Assembly: GCA_038212275.1 (NCBI GenBank)
Contig: JBBQUR010000003.1
Coordinates: forward strand, 1 to 64,000
Direction of reading: 5' to 3'
Length of the DNA stretch: 64,000 nucleotides
Source: Planctomycetota bacterium
GTDB taxonomy: Bacteria > Planctomycetota > B15-G4
Each line of letters opens with the position of its first letter. Position 1 is the stretch's first letter. Positions 36,718-45,964 of this stretch are shown piece after piece. A model generated the notes under the pieces. The model was not told the DNA's origin. It saw only the letters and a list, made by a program, of their open reading frames with translations, and searched no databases. The translations under genes were made by a program, and so were the position numbers.

Positions 36718-39700
36718 TCAGTCTCTCCGCAGCGCGACGAGCCGGAACGCTGCTGGGGCGGCTCCCTCCGCGAGGCGGAAGGCGATGCTGCCAGAAGTCG
36801 CAGCGGCATCCGTGAGAGCGGCCGTCTCCACGCCGTTGAGGACGACGCGCAGCTGCGCCCCGCGCGCCTCGATGAGCAGGTGGTTCCAGCTCGCGCGCGC
36901 CAGCTCCGGGCGCCACATCGCGCTGTCCGATGCGACCCGCGTGCCGGTGCCTTCGTCGCTCAGCGAGCCCCACGACTCGCCGCCGATCTCGACGAGCTCG
37001 CCCACGGAACCCGCACCATGGGGCGCGGCCTCCGCACACCGCACGGCAATACCTCCGCTGCCGTCGTGAAGCAGCACCTCGCACTCGAAGCAGAAGTCGC
37101 CGGTGACGAAGGGCGAGACCAGCGATGTCCCGGCCGGGACGCCGTCGCCTGGCGCGCTGTCGACTGGCGCGCTGTCGACCGGCGCGCTGTTGACCGGCGC
37201 GCTGTTGACCGGCGCGTTGGCCATCGGCGCGTTGGCGAGCGGCTCGCAGAGCAGCACGCCGCCTCTCGCGGACCAGATCCCTGCATCGCCTCGCCAACCG
37301 CCGAGTCCCTCGGTGAAGAGCGGCTCCCAGGCGGATCGCTCGGGCGGCGCGACTGCCTCGGCCGCCAGCAGGCAGGCGGCCAGGTCAGCGATCGCTCGCA
37401 GCGACCAGCCGTCCAGGAGTCCCTCGGGCATGGCCGAGGCACGCGAAAGGCGCCGTTCGTCGATCTCGGCCGTGGGCACGCGGACCGTCTCGCCGGTCGA
37501 GGTGAGCAGCTGCACCGACGCTCCGTCGTCGCGCAGCAGCAGTCCCTGCACGACGCGCCCGTCCTTCGTGAACACCTGCGTGGAGCGGTACTGGTCCGAG
37601 ATGTCGCGCGAGGGATCCATGATCGCCGTGAGCAGGTCGGACAGTCCGAGCCGCGAGCCCACCGAGGACAGGTCCGGGCCGCCGGCATGCCCGCGCCCGC
37701 CGCGCACATGGCACGCGGCGCAGGACTGGCTGAAGACGAAGGCTCCCTCCGAAGCGGAGCGTTCCGGCGCATCGAGCGCATTGCGGACGAAGGCCAGCGT
37801 GCGCGGCAGGTCGCGCCTCGGCGCATCGTGCGCGATGCGGATCGTCGTCGCGTGATCCGGCTCGGCGCTGCCTGCGTGCGCCTCGTCGCGCAGCGCCTCG
37901 CGCGCCTCGGCGGGCGCCGCGTCGAGCAGCCGGCGCTCGATCGCGTCGAGGTAGCCCTGGTAACTCGCGCCGCCGGGGCGGCTGCGGAGCGTCGTGAGTC
38001 GTGCCAGCGCGGCGCGCGTCCGTGCCGCGTCGGCGCCGGAGCGCAGCGACGACAGGCAGAGCAGCAGGTGGGCGGCTTCCTCCGGCGAGTCCTCGTCGTC
38101 CAGCGCGGCGAGCAGAGCATCGCGCGCGCCCTCCGGTTCCGTGCGTGCCAGCAGCGCGGCCAGCTCGCGGTCGAGCTCCGGCGATCCGGACGGAAAGTGG
38201 GGCAGCAGCGCCGCGCCGAGCGCGGGATCGGGCGGCTGATCCTCACCGGCCAGGGTGTCGGGCACGCCGACGAGCAGTGACAGCTCGAGTGCCCGGGCCG
38301 CGATCAGCCGCGTGGGCGTCGGAAGCTCGGGGGCGAGCAGAGTCAGCGACAGCGCGCGGCAGCGCGAGGTCGGCGGCGCCGCCGATGAGGAGCCGTCGGC
38401 CTTCCCGGCCGCCGCATCGCGAAGCTCCTGCCGGGCCAGGACCACGAGCGCCTCGGCGCGCACCGCAGCACGCGGGTCGGCGCTCGCCACGCCCTCCACC
38501 TCCGCGACGGGCCGGTGCTCGAGCGCCCGCGCCGCGAGATGGCGCACCACTCGGTCGGGGCTCTCCAGGGCGTCGGCCAGCGCGTCGAGCGGCGTCGCCG
38601 TCGTGAACACCGGTGCGCGCGCGGCGGCGACGAAGCGCGTTGCGCCCGCGGCTGCGGCAGCTTCCGGCGCAGCGGAGGTCGCGACCTGTTCCGGCGCTCG
38701 CGCGGGGTCGGCGCGCAGCCGCAGCAGCGCACCCTGCGTGCCACGTCCACCCACGGACAGGAGCAGAGCGCCGCCGGCCTCGAAGGCCAGGTCCGTGACC
38801 GGCATCGGACGACCGGACAGCAGCACTTCGGAGCGGCCGCGAGAGCTGCAGCCATCCGGCGACAGGTGCACGGCGAGCACCTTGCCTTGCGACCAGTCGC
38901 ACAGCAGCAGAGTGTCCTTCCAGCGCGGCCCGAGTGCCGCCGAGTCGCACCACAGCACGCCGGTCGGCGAACCACGGCCCGTCTCGAGCACGGGCGGCAG
39001 CGAGTCCGGATACCACGCGGGCCATTTGGCGGAGCCCGTGCGCCAGCCGTAGTCGCCGCCTGGCAGCACGTGCACGACGCGCACCGCGCGGTACCACGGC
39101 AGGCCGATGTCCCACTCCATGTCGGAGTCGAAGGTGAAGAGGTCACCGGACGGGGAGAAGGCAAGGTCGTAGGCGTTGCGATAGCCGGCGGAGAACAACT
39201 CGAAGCGACCGGTCTGCATGTCGTACGAGAAGATCGTGCCGCCGGGCGCGGTGACCTCGTTGGCGTGACCGTTCGGGTCGAGCAGGCGCGGAATGACGGC
39301 GCCCTCGTACACGAGTCTGTACGGCGAGGACTCCGCAGCCGGCGCACCGAGTCTCACGTGGTTGCCGAGCGTGAGCCACAGCCGCCCGTCGGGGCCGGGC
39401 AGCACGGCGTGCGGTCCGTGCTCGCCGGCCGAACCGGTGATCGGTGCGACGAGATGCGCGTGGCGCGGCCCGTCGTCGGCGGGCAGCCGGTAGAAGCCGA
39501 GGCCGTCGGGGCCGATGCCGGTGGCCCACGCCTCGTCGCCGACGAAGCACAGACCCTGGCAGGCGCGCAGTTCGTCGCAGAAGACGGTGCTGCGCTCGTA
39601 GCGGCCGTCGCCGTCGTCGTCGTGCAGCGCGAGCAGGCCGCCGCTCTCAACGGAGACGACGGGCTCGCCGCGCGGGCTCATCGTGAAGGCGATGAGCGAG

Positions 39701-40269
39701 CCGAAGCCCGACGCGGCCTCCTCGCACAGCAGCCCCGCGGCGGGGACGAGGTGGCGGTCGGCCGGCGCCTCCGCGTGACGGCCGCTGAAGTCGAGCTTGC
39801 CCCACGGTGCGGCGCCGTATGGCGCGAGGACGTGCGCCGGCACGTCGGGTGCACGCGTCGTCGCATCGGTGCGGAACACGGTGACGCCGTCCGCGACGAG
39901 GAAGCAGAGGAGAGCCGCGGGCCCTCCGTCGTTTCGCGCGTCGATGGTCAGCGTGTTGCGGCCCTCGACCAGGTGCGACGCGACGTCCGCGAGCACCGGC
40001 TCTTGCCACTCGTCGGTGTGCGCGACGAGCGCGCCGTTGAGGTGCACGTCGGCGTGGTTGTCGGCAGACAGCGCGAGCTGCGCCTTCGCGGGAGCACTCT
40101 CCAGCGTGAACTCCGCTGCGAACGACGCGTGGCCCGCCGGTTCGCCCGTCGAGGTGGGCGCGCTCCAGATCCACTGCGCGCCGTCCGGCACCTGCGCCGC
40201 CAGCGGCGCGATCCCGGAAAGCAGTCCGCATGCCAGCAGGGCCGGGAGAGCGTCGCCGATGTGATGCAT
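36718..40269 (-). CDS. PVC-type c-type cytochrome fused to glucose/sorbosone-dehydrogenase-like propeller, HEAT-like repeats and C-terminal DUF1080 domain
   Basis: Signal peptide; N-terminal WIW..SADN..NG module; GEHGPH, GYRNAYD, DSDMEWDIGLPWYR, GRGSPTG; CAACH..GGPDLS..IMDPS..SAMPEGL; C-terminal WEPLF..GW..WNHLLIEARG..LNG. Confidence 0.85.
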   Translation of the reverse strand: MHHIGDALPALLACGLLSGIAPLAAQVPDGAQWIWSAPTSTGEPAGHASFAAEFTLESAPAKAQLALSADNHADVHLNGALVAHTDEWQEPVLADVASHLVEGRNTLTIDARNDGGPAALLCFLVADGVTVFRTDATTRAPDVPAHVLAPYGAAPWGKLDFSGRHAEAPADRHLVPAAGLLCEEAASGFGSLIAFTMSPRGEPVVSVESGGLLALHDDDGDGRYERSTVFCDELRACQGLCFVGDEAWATGIGPDGLGFYRLPADDGPRHAHLVAPITGSAGEHGPHAVLPGPDGRLWLTLGNHVRLGAPAAESSPYRLVYEGAVIPRLLDPNGHANEVTAPGGTIFSYDMQTGRFELFSAGYRNAYDLAFSPSGDLFTFDSDMEWDIGLPWYRAVRVVHVLPGGDYGWRTGSAKWPAWYPDSLPPVLETGRGSPTGVLWCDSAALGPRWKDTLLLCDWSQGKVLAVHLSPDGCSSRGRSEVLLSGRPMPVTDLAFEAGGALLLSVGGRGTQGALLRLRADPARAPEQVATSAAPEAAAAAGATRFVAAARAPVFTTATPLDALADALESPDRVVRHLAARALEHRPVAEVEGVASADPRAAVRAEALVVLARQELRDAAAGKADGSSSAAPPTSRCRALSLTLLAPELPTPTRLIAARALELSLLVGVPDTLAGEDQPPDPALGAALLPHFPSGSPELDRELAALLARTEPEGARDALLAALDDEDSPEEAAHLLLCLSSLRSGADAARTRAALARLTTLRSRPGGASYQGYLDAIERRLLDAAPAEAREALRDEAHAGSAEPDHATTIRIAHDAPRRDLPRTLAFVRNALDAPERSASEGAFVFSQSCAACHVRGGRGHAGGPDLSSVGSRLGLSDLLTAIMDPSRDISDQYRSTQVFTKDGRVVQGLLLRDDGASVQLLTSTGETVRVPTAEIDERRLSRASAMPEGLLDGWSLRAIADLAACLLAAEAVAPPERSAWEPLFTEGLGGWRGDAGIWSARGGVLLCEPLANAPMANAPVNSAPVNSAPVDSAPVDSAPGDGVPAGTSLVSPFVTGDFCFECEVLLHDGSGGIAVRCAEAAPHGAGSVGELVEIGGESWGSLSDEGTGTRVASDSAMWRPELARASWNHLLIEARGAQLRVVLNGVETAALTDAAATSGSIAFRLAEGAAPAAFRLVALRRD
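37151..37240 (-). repeat. In-frame tandem repeat, 6 x 15 bp, encoding (V/M)-(N/D/A)-(S/N)-A-P units
   Basis: GGCGCGCTGTYGACY / GGCGCGTTGGC.. units inside the DUF1080 region. Confidence 0.85.
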
Positions 40270-40349
40270 GGCGCGGCAGTGTAAGGGAAGGCCAGCGCGC
40301 GTCGGGACCGGCACCTGACATCCGGTCGCTGACCCGCGATGATCGGAGC

Positions 40350-41120
40350 ATGGCCAGCCGACCGCGCGCGCTCCTCATCCACAGCGGCGGGCTTTCGTCG
40401 CGGCAGTGGCGGCGGCTTGCAGAAACCCTCGCGCCGACGCACGCGGTGCTGGCGCCGGATCTCCTCGGCTACGGCACGGCCGGCGCGTGGGCCGCGGGCG
40501 CGCCGTTCCACTTCCGGCAGGACGTCGAGCGCCTCGCCGGCATGCTGCTCGCGGACGACGGGACGGTGGACGTCGTCGGCCACTCCTACGGCGGGCTGCT
40601 CGCGCTGAAGCTGGCGCTCGCGCACCCGCCCGCGGTGCGCTCGCTCTCGCTCTACGAGCCGGTCGCGTTCGGCATCCTCGACGCGCGCGCCGATGCCGAC
40701 GCGCTCGCCGAGCTTGAGCGCGTCGCGCACCGCTACGTCCCGGACGCCGACGGCGCCGACGACGCGTGGCTGGAGCATTTCGTGGACTGGTGGAACGGCG
40801 CCGGCACCTGGGCCGGGCTGCCGGCCGCCATGCGTGCCGGTTTCCACGCCGTGTCGTGGAAGCTGTATCAGGAGGTCACCTCGCTGCGTGCGGACCGCAC
40901 CGACGCCGCGACGTTCGGCACGATCGCCGCGCCGACGCTGCTGCTCGGCGGCGCGCTCACGCCGCTGCCCGCGCGCCGCGTGCTGCAACGCCTCGCGTCG
41001 GCGCTGCCGCACGCCACGCTGCACGAGTTGCCCGGCGTCGGCCACATGGGCCCGGTGTCGCACCCGGCGTTGGTGAACGATGCGATCGTCGCGCATGTTC
41101 GCGCGGCGTGGGACCGCTGA
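40350..41120 (+). CDS. Alpha/beta fold hydrolase
   Basis: LIHSG, APDLLGYG, GHSYGG nucleophile elbow, GVGHMGP. Confidence 0.9.
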   Translation: MASRPRALLIHSGGLSSRQWRRLAETLAPTHAVLAPDLLGYGTAGAWAAGAPFHFRQDVERLAGMLLADDGTVDVVGHSYGGLLALKLALAHPPAVRSLSLYEPVAFGILDARADADALAELERVAHRYVPDADGADDAWLEHFVDWWNGAGTWAGLPAAMRAGFHAVSWKLYQEVTSLRADRTDAATFGTIAAPTLLLGGALTPLPARRVLQRLASALPHATLHELPGVGHMGPVSHPALVNDAIVAHVRAAWDR

Positions 41121-41300
41121 GGTTGCGTGCGCTGCGCGGCACCGCTGAGTCGGTGTGCGGCGCGTGGCGCTCGGCGTTCGCGAGGCGCCGAGACTTGCGC
41201 GGCGCGACTTCGCGGCGGCTGTGCGGTTGGAGGCGCGGCACGTCGTGGAGCAGGGGAACGCGGTCTCCTGTCGGATCACGGCTGCGGAAAGGCAGGCAAC

Positions 41301-43118
41301 ATGCGGACCATGGCGGACAGCGTGCAAATCCTTCGGGACGGAGCGAGACGGCTGCGCGGCATCGAGGAGTCGTGCCGTTCCCGGGCGTCCGGGCTGATCT
41401 TCGCTCTCGCGCTGATCTCGATGGCGACGGCCGCGCCACTCGCGCCGGTTGCGGCCGCCACCTACTACGTGTCCAACGGCGGGAGCAACGGGAGCAGTGG
41501 CCTCTCGCCCGCGGCGGCATGGAAGACGCTGCAGTTCGCGGCGGACACGGTGCAGGCGGGCGACACGGTCATCGTGCTGCCGGGCACGTATGCGGGCTTC
41601 AATCTGTTCACGAGCGGGGCGAGCGGCGCGCCGATCACCTTCACGGGCAATCCCGGCGTGCCCGCGCCGAATCCGGCGGTGATCATCAATGCCAACAACA
41701 CGTTCACGAACAAGGACCGCATCAATCTCGAGGGCGCGTCCTTCGTGGTCATCGAGGGCTTCACGCTGCTCGGCAGCGGCAATCCCGCGACCAACCGCGC
41801 CTGCATTCGCGCCGTCGGATCCCCCGATGATCCGTCACGCTTCGTGAGCGTGCTCCACAATCGCTGCGACCTGGGCGGCACGTGGGGCATCTTCACCGGC
41901 TTCGTGGACGACATGCTCGTCGATGGCAACGAGGCCAGCCGCTCGGCGCAGCAGCACGGCATCTACCTCAGCAACAGCGGCGACCGGCCCGTCGTGCGGC
42001 GCAACGTCATCTGGGGCAATCACTCCGCCGGCCTGCACATGAATGGTGACGTGAGCCAGGGCGGCGACGGCGTCATCAGCCACGCGCTCGTGGAGCGCAA
42101 CGTGATCTTCGACAACGGCGATGGCGATCCGGCCTTCGGTGCGCCCGGCGGCGCAGCCATCAACGCCGACGGCGTGCAGGATTCCGTCTTCCGCAACAAC
42201 CTGCTCTGGGACAATCACAAGACGGGCATCGCGCTGTTCCGGCAGGACGGCGGCGGGCCCGCCTCCGGCAACCTCGTGCACAGCAACACGATTCACAATG
42301 CAGTCGACGCGCGCTGGTGCCTGCACATCGGAGACGGCGCGACCGGCAACACCGTGCGCAACAACGTGCTGCTCAACGATCACGCGTTCCGCGGCGCGAT
42401 CGAGATCACGTCGGATTGCCTGCCCGGCTTTTCCAGCGATGCGGGCGCGGTGAAGGATCGTTTCAGTCTCGACGACACCTTTCTCTCGCTCGCGCAGTGG
42501 AAGGCGGCGACGGGTCAGGATGGCGCCTCGTTCGTCGCGACGGCGAGCGCGCTCTTCGTGGATGCGTCGACCGGCGACTACGCGCTGCTGCCGGCGAGTC
42601 CGGCCATCGACACGGGCGGTCCCTTCCTCGCGCCGGCCGACGACCTGCAAGGCTGGCACCGTCCGGCGGGCGCGGGCTTCGACATCGGCGCGCACGAGTT
42701 CGGCGCCTGTTTCGGCATCGCGACGACATACGGCGCCGGCCTCGCCGGCAGCGGGGGCCAGGTGCCGCTGCTGCTGGCGAGCGGTTGTCCCGATCTCGGC
42801 GCGGCGCTCACGTTGACAGTGAGTCAGTCGCTGGGCGGCGCGCCCTCGCTGCTGCTCGTCGGTGGCGCGCCCATCGCGCTGCCGAAGTTCGGCGGGACGC
42901 TGCTCGTGTCGCCCATTGTGTCCGTGGCCCTTGGACTTGGTGGCGCGACGGGGGTGCCGGGTGCGGGCGGCCTGTCGCTGCCGGCGCTCGTGCCGGATGC
43001 GCCGGCGTTCGCCGGCGTCACGTTCACGCTGCAACTGCTCGTGGTGGATACCGGGGCTGTCGCTGGTGTGGCGATGAGCGCAGGGCTTGCAGTGCAGCTC
43101 GGCGCGCCGGAGGGGTGA
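41301..43118 (+). CDS. Secreted right-handed parallel beta-helix protein with choice-of-anchor-Q-like motif and extra C-terminal domain
   Basis: ATYYVS..G.N...A.WKTLQ.AAD.V.AGDTV...GTY, Asn-ladder repeats (QHGIYLSN, AINADG), SPAIDTG..D..G..RP....DIGAHE. Confidence 0.85.
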   Translation: MRTMADSVQILRDGARRLRGIEESCRSRASGLIFALALISMATAAPLAPVAAATYYVSNGGSNGSSGLSPAAAWKTLQFAADTVQAGDTVIVLPGTYAGFNLFTSGASGAPITFTGNPGVPAPNPAVIINANNTFTNKDRINLEGASFVVIEGFTLLGSGNPATNRACIRAVGSPDDPSRFVSVLHNRCDLGGTWGIFTGFVDDMLVDGNEASRSAQQHGIYLSNSGDRPVVRRNVIWGNHSAGLHMNGDVSQGGDGVISHALVERNVIFDNGDGDPAFGAPGGAAINADGVQDSVFRNNLLWDNHKTGIALFRQDGGGPASGNLVHSNTIHNAVDARWCLHIGDGATGNTVRNNVLLNDHAFRGAIEITSDCLPGFSSDAGAVKDRFSLDDTFLSLAQWKAATGQDGASFVATASALFVDASTGDYALLPASPAIDTGGPFLAPADDLQGWHRPAGAGFDIGAHEFGACFGIATTYGAGLAGSGGQVPLLLASGCPDLGAALTLTVSQSLGGAPSLLLVGGAPIALPKFGGTLLVSPIVSVALGLGGATGVPGAGGLSLPALVPDAPAFAGVTFTLQLLVVDTGAVAGVAMSAGLAVQLGAPEG

Positions 43119-43138
43119 ACGGAGTGTCCGTCCGGGCA

Positions 43139-43190
43139 ACTGTCACCCATGTGCCCGGACACGACTGTCACTCCTGTTTCCTTACGGACA
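43139..43190. mobile_element. Possible solo IS481-like terminal remnant
   Basis: Two ACTGTCAC-started repeats 25 bp apart (ACTGTCACCCATGTGCCCGG; ACTGTCACTCCTGTTTCC) ending ...ACA, like IS481 ends; no transposase in the window. Confidence 0.35.
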
Positions 43191-43204
43191 AGTGAGCCCA
43201 GCCC

Positions 43205-44500
43205 TCAGTACACCGCTCCACCCGTCGCGTGCTTCTGCCACGCGCCGCTCGCCAGGATCTCGCACACCGCGTCGAGGCAGGCGTCCATTTCGTCGTCGGT
43301 GTTGTAGTAGTGGGGGGCGATGCGCAGGCCGACGTCGGGGCGGCTGTCCACCAGGATGTCGCGCTCGGCGAGCGCTTTCACCACGGCGGGGGCGTGCGGG
43401 ACGGTGAGTGTCACCGTGCCGCCGCGGCGCGCGGGGTCCTGCGGCGAGCGCGAGGCGAGACCGCGCTCGGCGGCGCGCTGCAGGAATCGCGTCGTCTGCG
43501 CGACGCTCTTGCGGCGGATCGCGTCGACGCCGGCGCGCAGCACCATCTCGTAGCCGGAGCGCGCGGCGTAGTAGGCCGGCACGGCGGGCGAGCCGTGCAG
43601 GAAGCGCGTCGCATCGGCGGCGTACTTCTGCGGGCCCTTCTCGAAGGCGAAGGGGTGCTCGTGCGCCATCCACCCGGTGAGCATCGGCTCGAAATGGTCG
43701 CGAATGCCCGGCTTCACGTAGAGGTATCCCGCGCCGGGGCCGCCGCAGAGCCACTTCACGGAGCCGCCGCAGGCCATGTCCACATCGAGCGCGCGCACGC
43801 TGAACGGCACCGTGCCCGTGGACTGGTAGCAGTCCGCCAGCACGAGCGCGCCGACGGCGTGCGCCTTCTTCACGATGGCAGCCAGGTCCTGGATGAAGGC
43901 GCTCTGGAACAGCACGTGCGACACCGGGACGATGAGCGTGCGCTCGTCGATCGCGTCGAGCAGCGCCTGCGTGTCGACGCCGATGCCGTCGGCCGACGGC
44001 ACGCAGACGATCTCCGCGCCGCGGCGCCGCTGCGCCTCCCACACGTACATCACGGAAGGGAAGTTCAGGTCCGTGTAGACGACGCGGTTGCGCGGCGCCT
44101 TGAACTCCAGGCACGACGCGACGAGGCCCTGGATCACCGAGACATTCTGGTGCATGACGATGCTGCCCGCGGGCGCGTCGATGATCTGCGCGAGCAGATT
44201 GCCGACGTCCACCGGCGAGGTCCACCAGCCCTCGGCCCAGGCGCGGATGCCGCGCGTGGCCCACATCTCGGCGTACTCGTGCAGCCGGTCGTACGTCGCG
44301 CGCGGCATCGCGCCGAGCGAGTGATTCACCAGGTAGTTCGTCGTCTCGAGGATCGGGAACTCGGAGCGCAGCGCGAGCAGCCGCGCGAGCTCATTGGCGG
44401 CGGGCGCGTTGGTGGTGGCGGGGCCCGTGCCCGGGCCGGCGCTCGAACCGGCGGCGGGGCCCGGCGCGGAGCGAGGTGCGGAACCTGGGGCGGTACTCAT
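43205..44500 (-). CDS. kynU: Kynureninase-like class V PLP enzyme
   Basis: YLVNHSLGAMP, W..RGIRAW..GWW, NFPS, SHV, DCYQS.G, GGSVKWLCGGPG, GWMAHEHPFAF, RFLHGSP; ATG overlaps pepP stop. Confidence 0.75.
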   Translation of the reverse strand: MSTAPGSAPRSAPGPAAGSSAGPGTGPATTNAPAANELARLLALRSEFPILETTNYLVNHSLGAMPRATYDRLHEYAEMWATRGIRAWAEGWWTSPVDVGNLLAQIIDAPAGSIVMHQNVSVIQGLVASCLEFKAPRNRVVYTDLNFPSVMYVWEAQRRRGAEIVCVPSADGIGVDTQALLDAIDERTLIVPVSHVLFQSAFIQDLAAIVKKAHAVGALVLADCYQSTGTVPFSVRALDVDMACGGSVKWLCGGPGAGYLYVKPGIRDHFEPMLTGWMAHEHPFAFEKGPQKYAADATRFLHGSPAVPAYYAARSGYEMVLRAGVDAIRRKSVAQTTRFLQRAAERGLASRSPQDPARRGGTVTLTVPHAPAVVKALAERDILVDSRPDVGLRIAPHYYNTDDEMDACLDAVCEILASGAWQKHATGGAVY

Positions 44501-45909
44501 GCGCGTGCTCCCAGTCGTGCGTGGCCCGCGCTCATCGCGGAGGCACTCGAGCCGGCGTGGCTTGCGGCGGAGGCGCCCGACGTGTCCGCAGCGCCGCCGT
44601 GCAGCGCCTCCACGTCCGCGATGCTCTTCGGGATGTCTTTCGTCAGCACGTCGTTGCCCTCCGCGGTGACCAGCACGTCGTCCTCGATGCGGATGCCGAT
44701 GCCGCGGAATGCCGCCGGCGCGGCCTCGTCGTCGGCATTCACGTAGAGCCCGGGCTCCACGGTGAGGACCATGCCGGGCTGCAGCGGGCGGCTCTGCTTG
44801 CTGCCGTCGGCGGCGGTGATGAAGTACGTACCCACGTCGTGCACGTCCAGGCCGAGCCAGTGCGAGGTGCGGTGCATGTAGAATCGCTTGTAGCTGCCGC
44901 TGGCCAGCGCCTCCTCGACGCTGCCCGTGAGCAGTCCCAGCGAGATGAGTCCTTCGATGAGCACGCGCGTGGAGGTGTCGTGCACCGACACGAAGGAGCG
45001 GCCGGGCAGGGCCGCGGCGATTCCGGCGAGCTGCGAGGCCAGCACGATCTCGTACAGGGCGCGCTGCGGCGCCGAGAAACGGCCGCTGGCCGGTGCGCAG
45101 CGCGTGACGTCCGCGGTGTAGCCGTCGCACTCGGCGCCCGCGTCCACCAGCAGGCACGAGCCCTTGCCGACGCGCTCGTTGTTGGTGTTGTAGTGCAGCA
45201 CCGTGGCGTTGGCGCCGGCGGCGACGATGCTCGGATATCCGACGCCCCAGCCGCCTCCCGCGCGGAAGGCGCCGTCGATGAGAGCTTCCAGTTCCCACTC
45301 GCCGCAGCCCTCGCGCACGGCCGACATCGCCGCGCGATGGCCGCGGTTGGTCAGCTCGGCGCAGCGCCGCAGGGCCGCAATTTCCTCGGACGACTTGAAA
45401 AGGCGCAACTCGTGCAACGCGACCCCGGCCTCGACCAGCTCGGGCGGCCCGGTGACGCCGTCGCGCGTGCGCATGAACATCTCGTGCAGCCAGCCGAGCA
45501 GCTTGCGGTCGAAGTCGCTGTCGTGGCCGGTGGTGAAGTGGAGGCGCGACGCACCACGCAACAGCTTCGGAAGTTCCGTGTCGAGCGCAGCGATCGGGTA
45601 CGCCGCGTCCGCGCCGTACAGCTCCTTCGCTCCCTCGACGCCGGTGCGCCGGCCGTTCCACGTCTCCATCTCCGGGTCGCGCGGCCGCACGAAGAGCACG
45701 TAGCTGTCCTTGACGGCGTCCGGGATCAGCACCGCCACGGCATCGGGCTCGCGCAGTCCGGTCAGGTACCAGAAGTCGCTGTCGGGGCGGAAGCGGTAGT
45801 GCGTGTCGCGATTGCGGATGCGCTCCGGACCGGCGCGGAAGATCGCGACGCCGCCGTTCATCCTCGCCATGAGGGCCTCGCGGTGCGCCTTCGCCATCTG
45901 CTGGTTCAC
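44497..45909 (-). CDS. pepP: Xaa-Pro aminopeptidase (aminopeptidase P)
   Basis: RNRDTHYRFRPDSDFWYLTG, LHY, LVDAGAE..YTADVTR, HRTSHWLGLDVHD, TVEPGLY, GIRIEDD. Confidence 0.93.
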   Translation of the reverse strand: MNQQMAKAHREALMARMNGGVAIFRAGPERIRNRDTHYRFRPDSDFWYLTGLREPDAVAVLIPDAVKDSYVLFVRPRDPEMETWNGRRTGVEGAKELYGADAAYPIAALDTELPKLLRGASRLHFTTGHDSDFDRKLLGWLHEMFMRTRDGVTGPPELVEAGVALHELRLFKSSEEIAALRRCAELTNRGHRAAMSAVREGCGEWELEALIDGAFRAGGGWGVGYPSIVAAGANATVLHYNTNNERVGKGSCLLVDAGAECDGYTADVTRCAPASGRFSAPQRALYEIVLASQLAGIAAALPGRSFVSVHDTSTRVLIEGLISLGLLTGSVEEALASGSYKRFYMHRTSHWLGLDVHDVGTYFITAADGSKQSRPLQPGMVLTVEPGLYVNADDEAAPAAFRGIGIRIEDDVLVTAEGNDVLTKDIPKSIADVEALHGGAADTSGASAASHAGSSASAMSAGHARLGARA

Positions 45910-45964
45910 TGGGATTCTCTCCGGGGACGTGGTGCGCGGGCGGTGCCCTGCCCGCCGTGCTTGC

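Noticed and set aside
43205..45661. 818-aa fused ORF, and similar over-extended ORFs (31973-33028, 52937-55543, 23500-27726)
   Set aside because: The N-terminal extensions overlap upstream genes in another frame; internal starts with ATGA/GTGA coupling or an RBS fit better.
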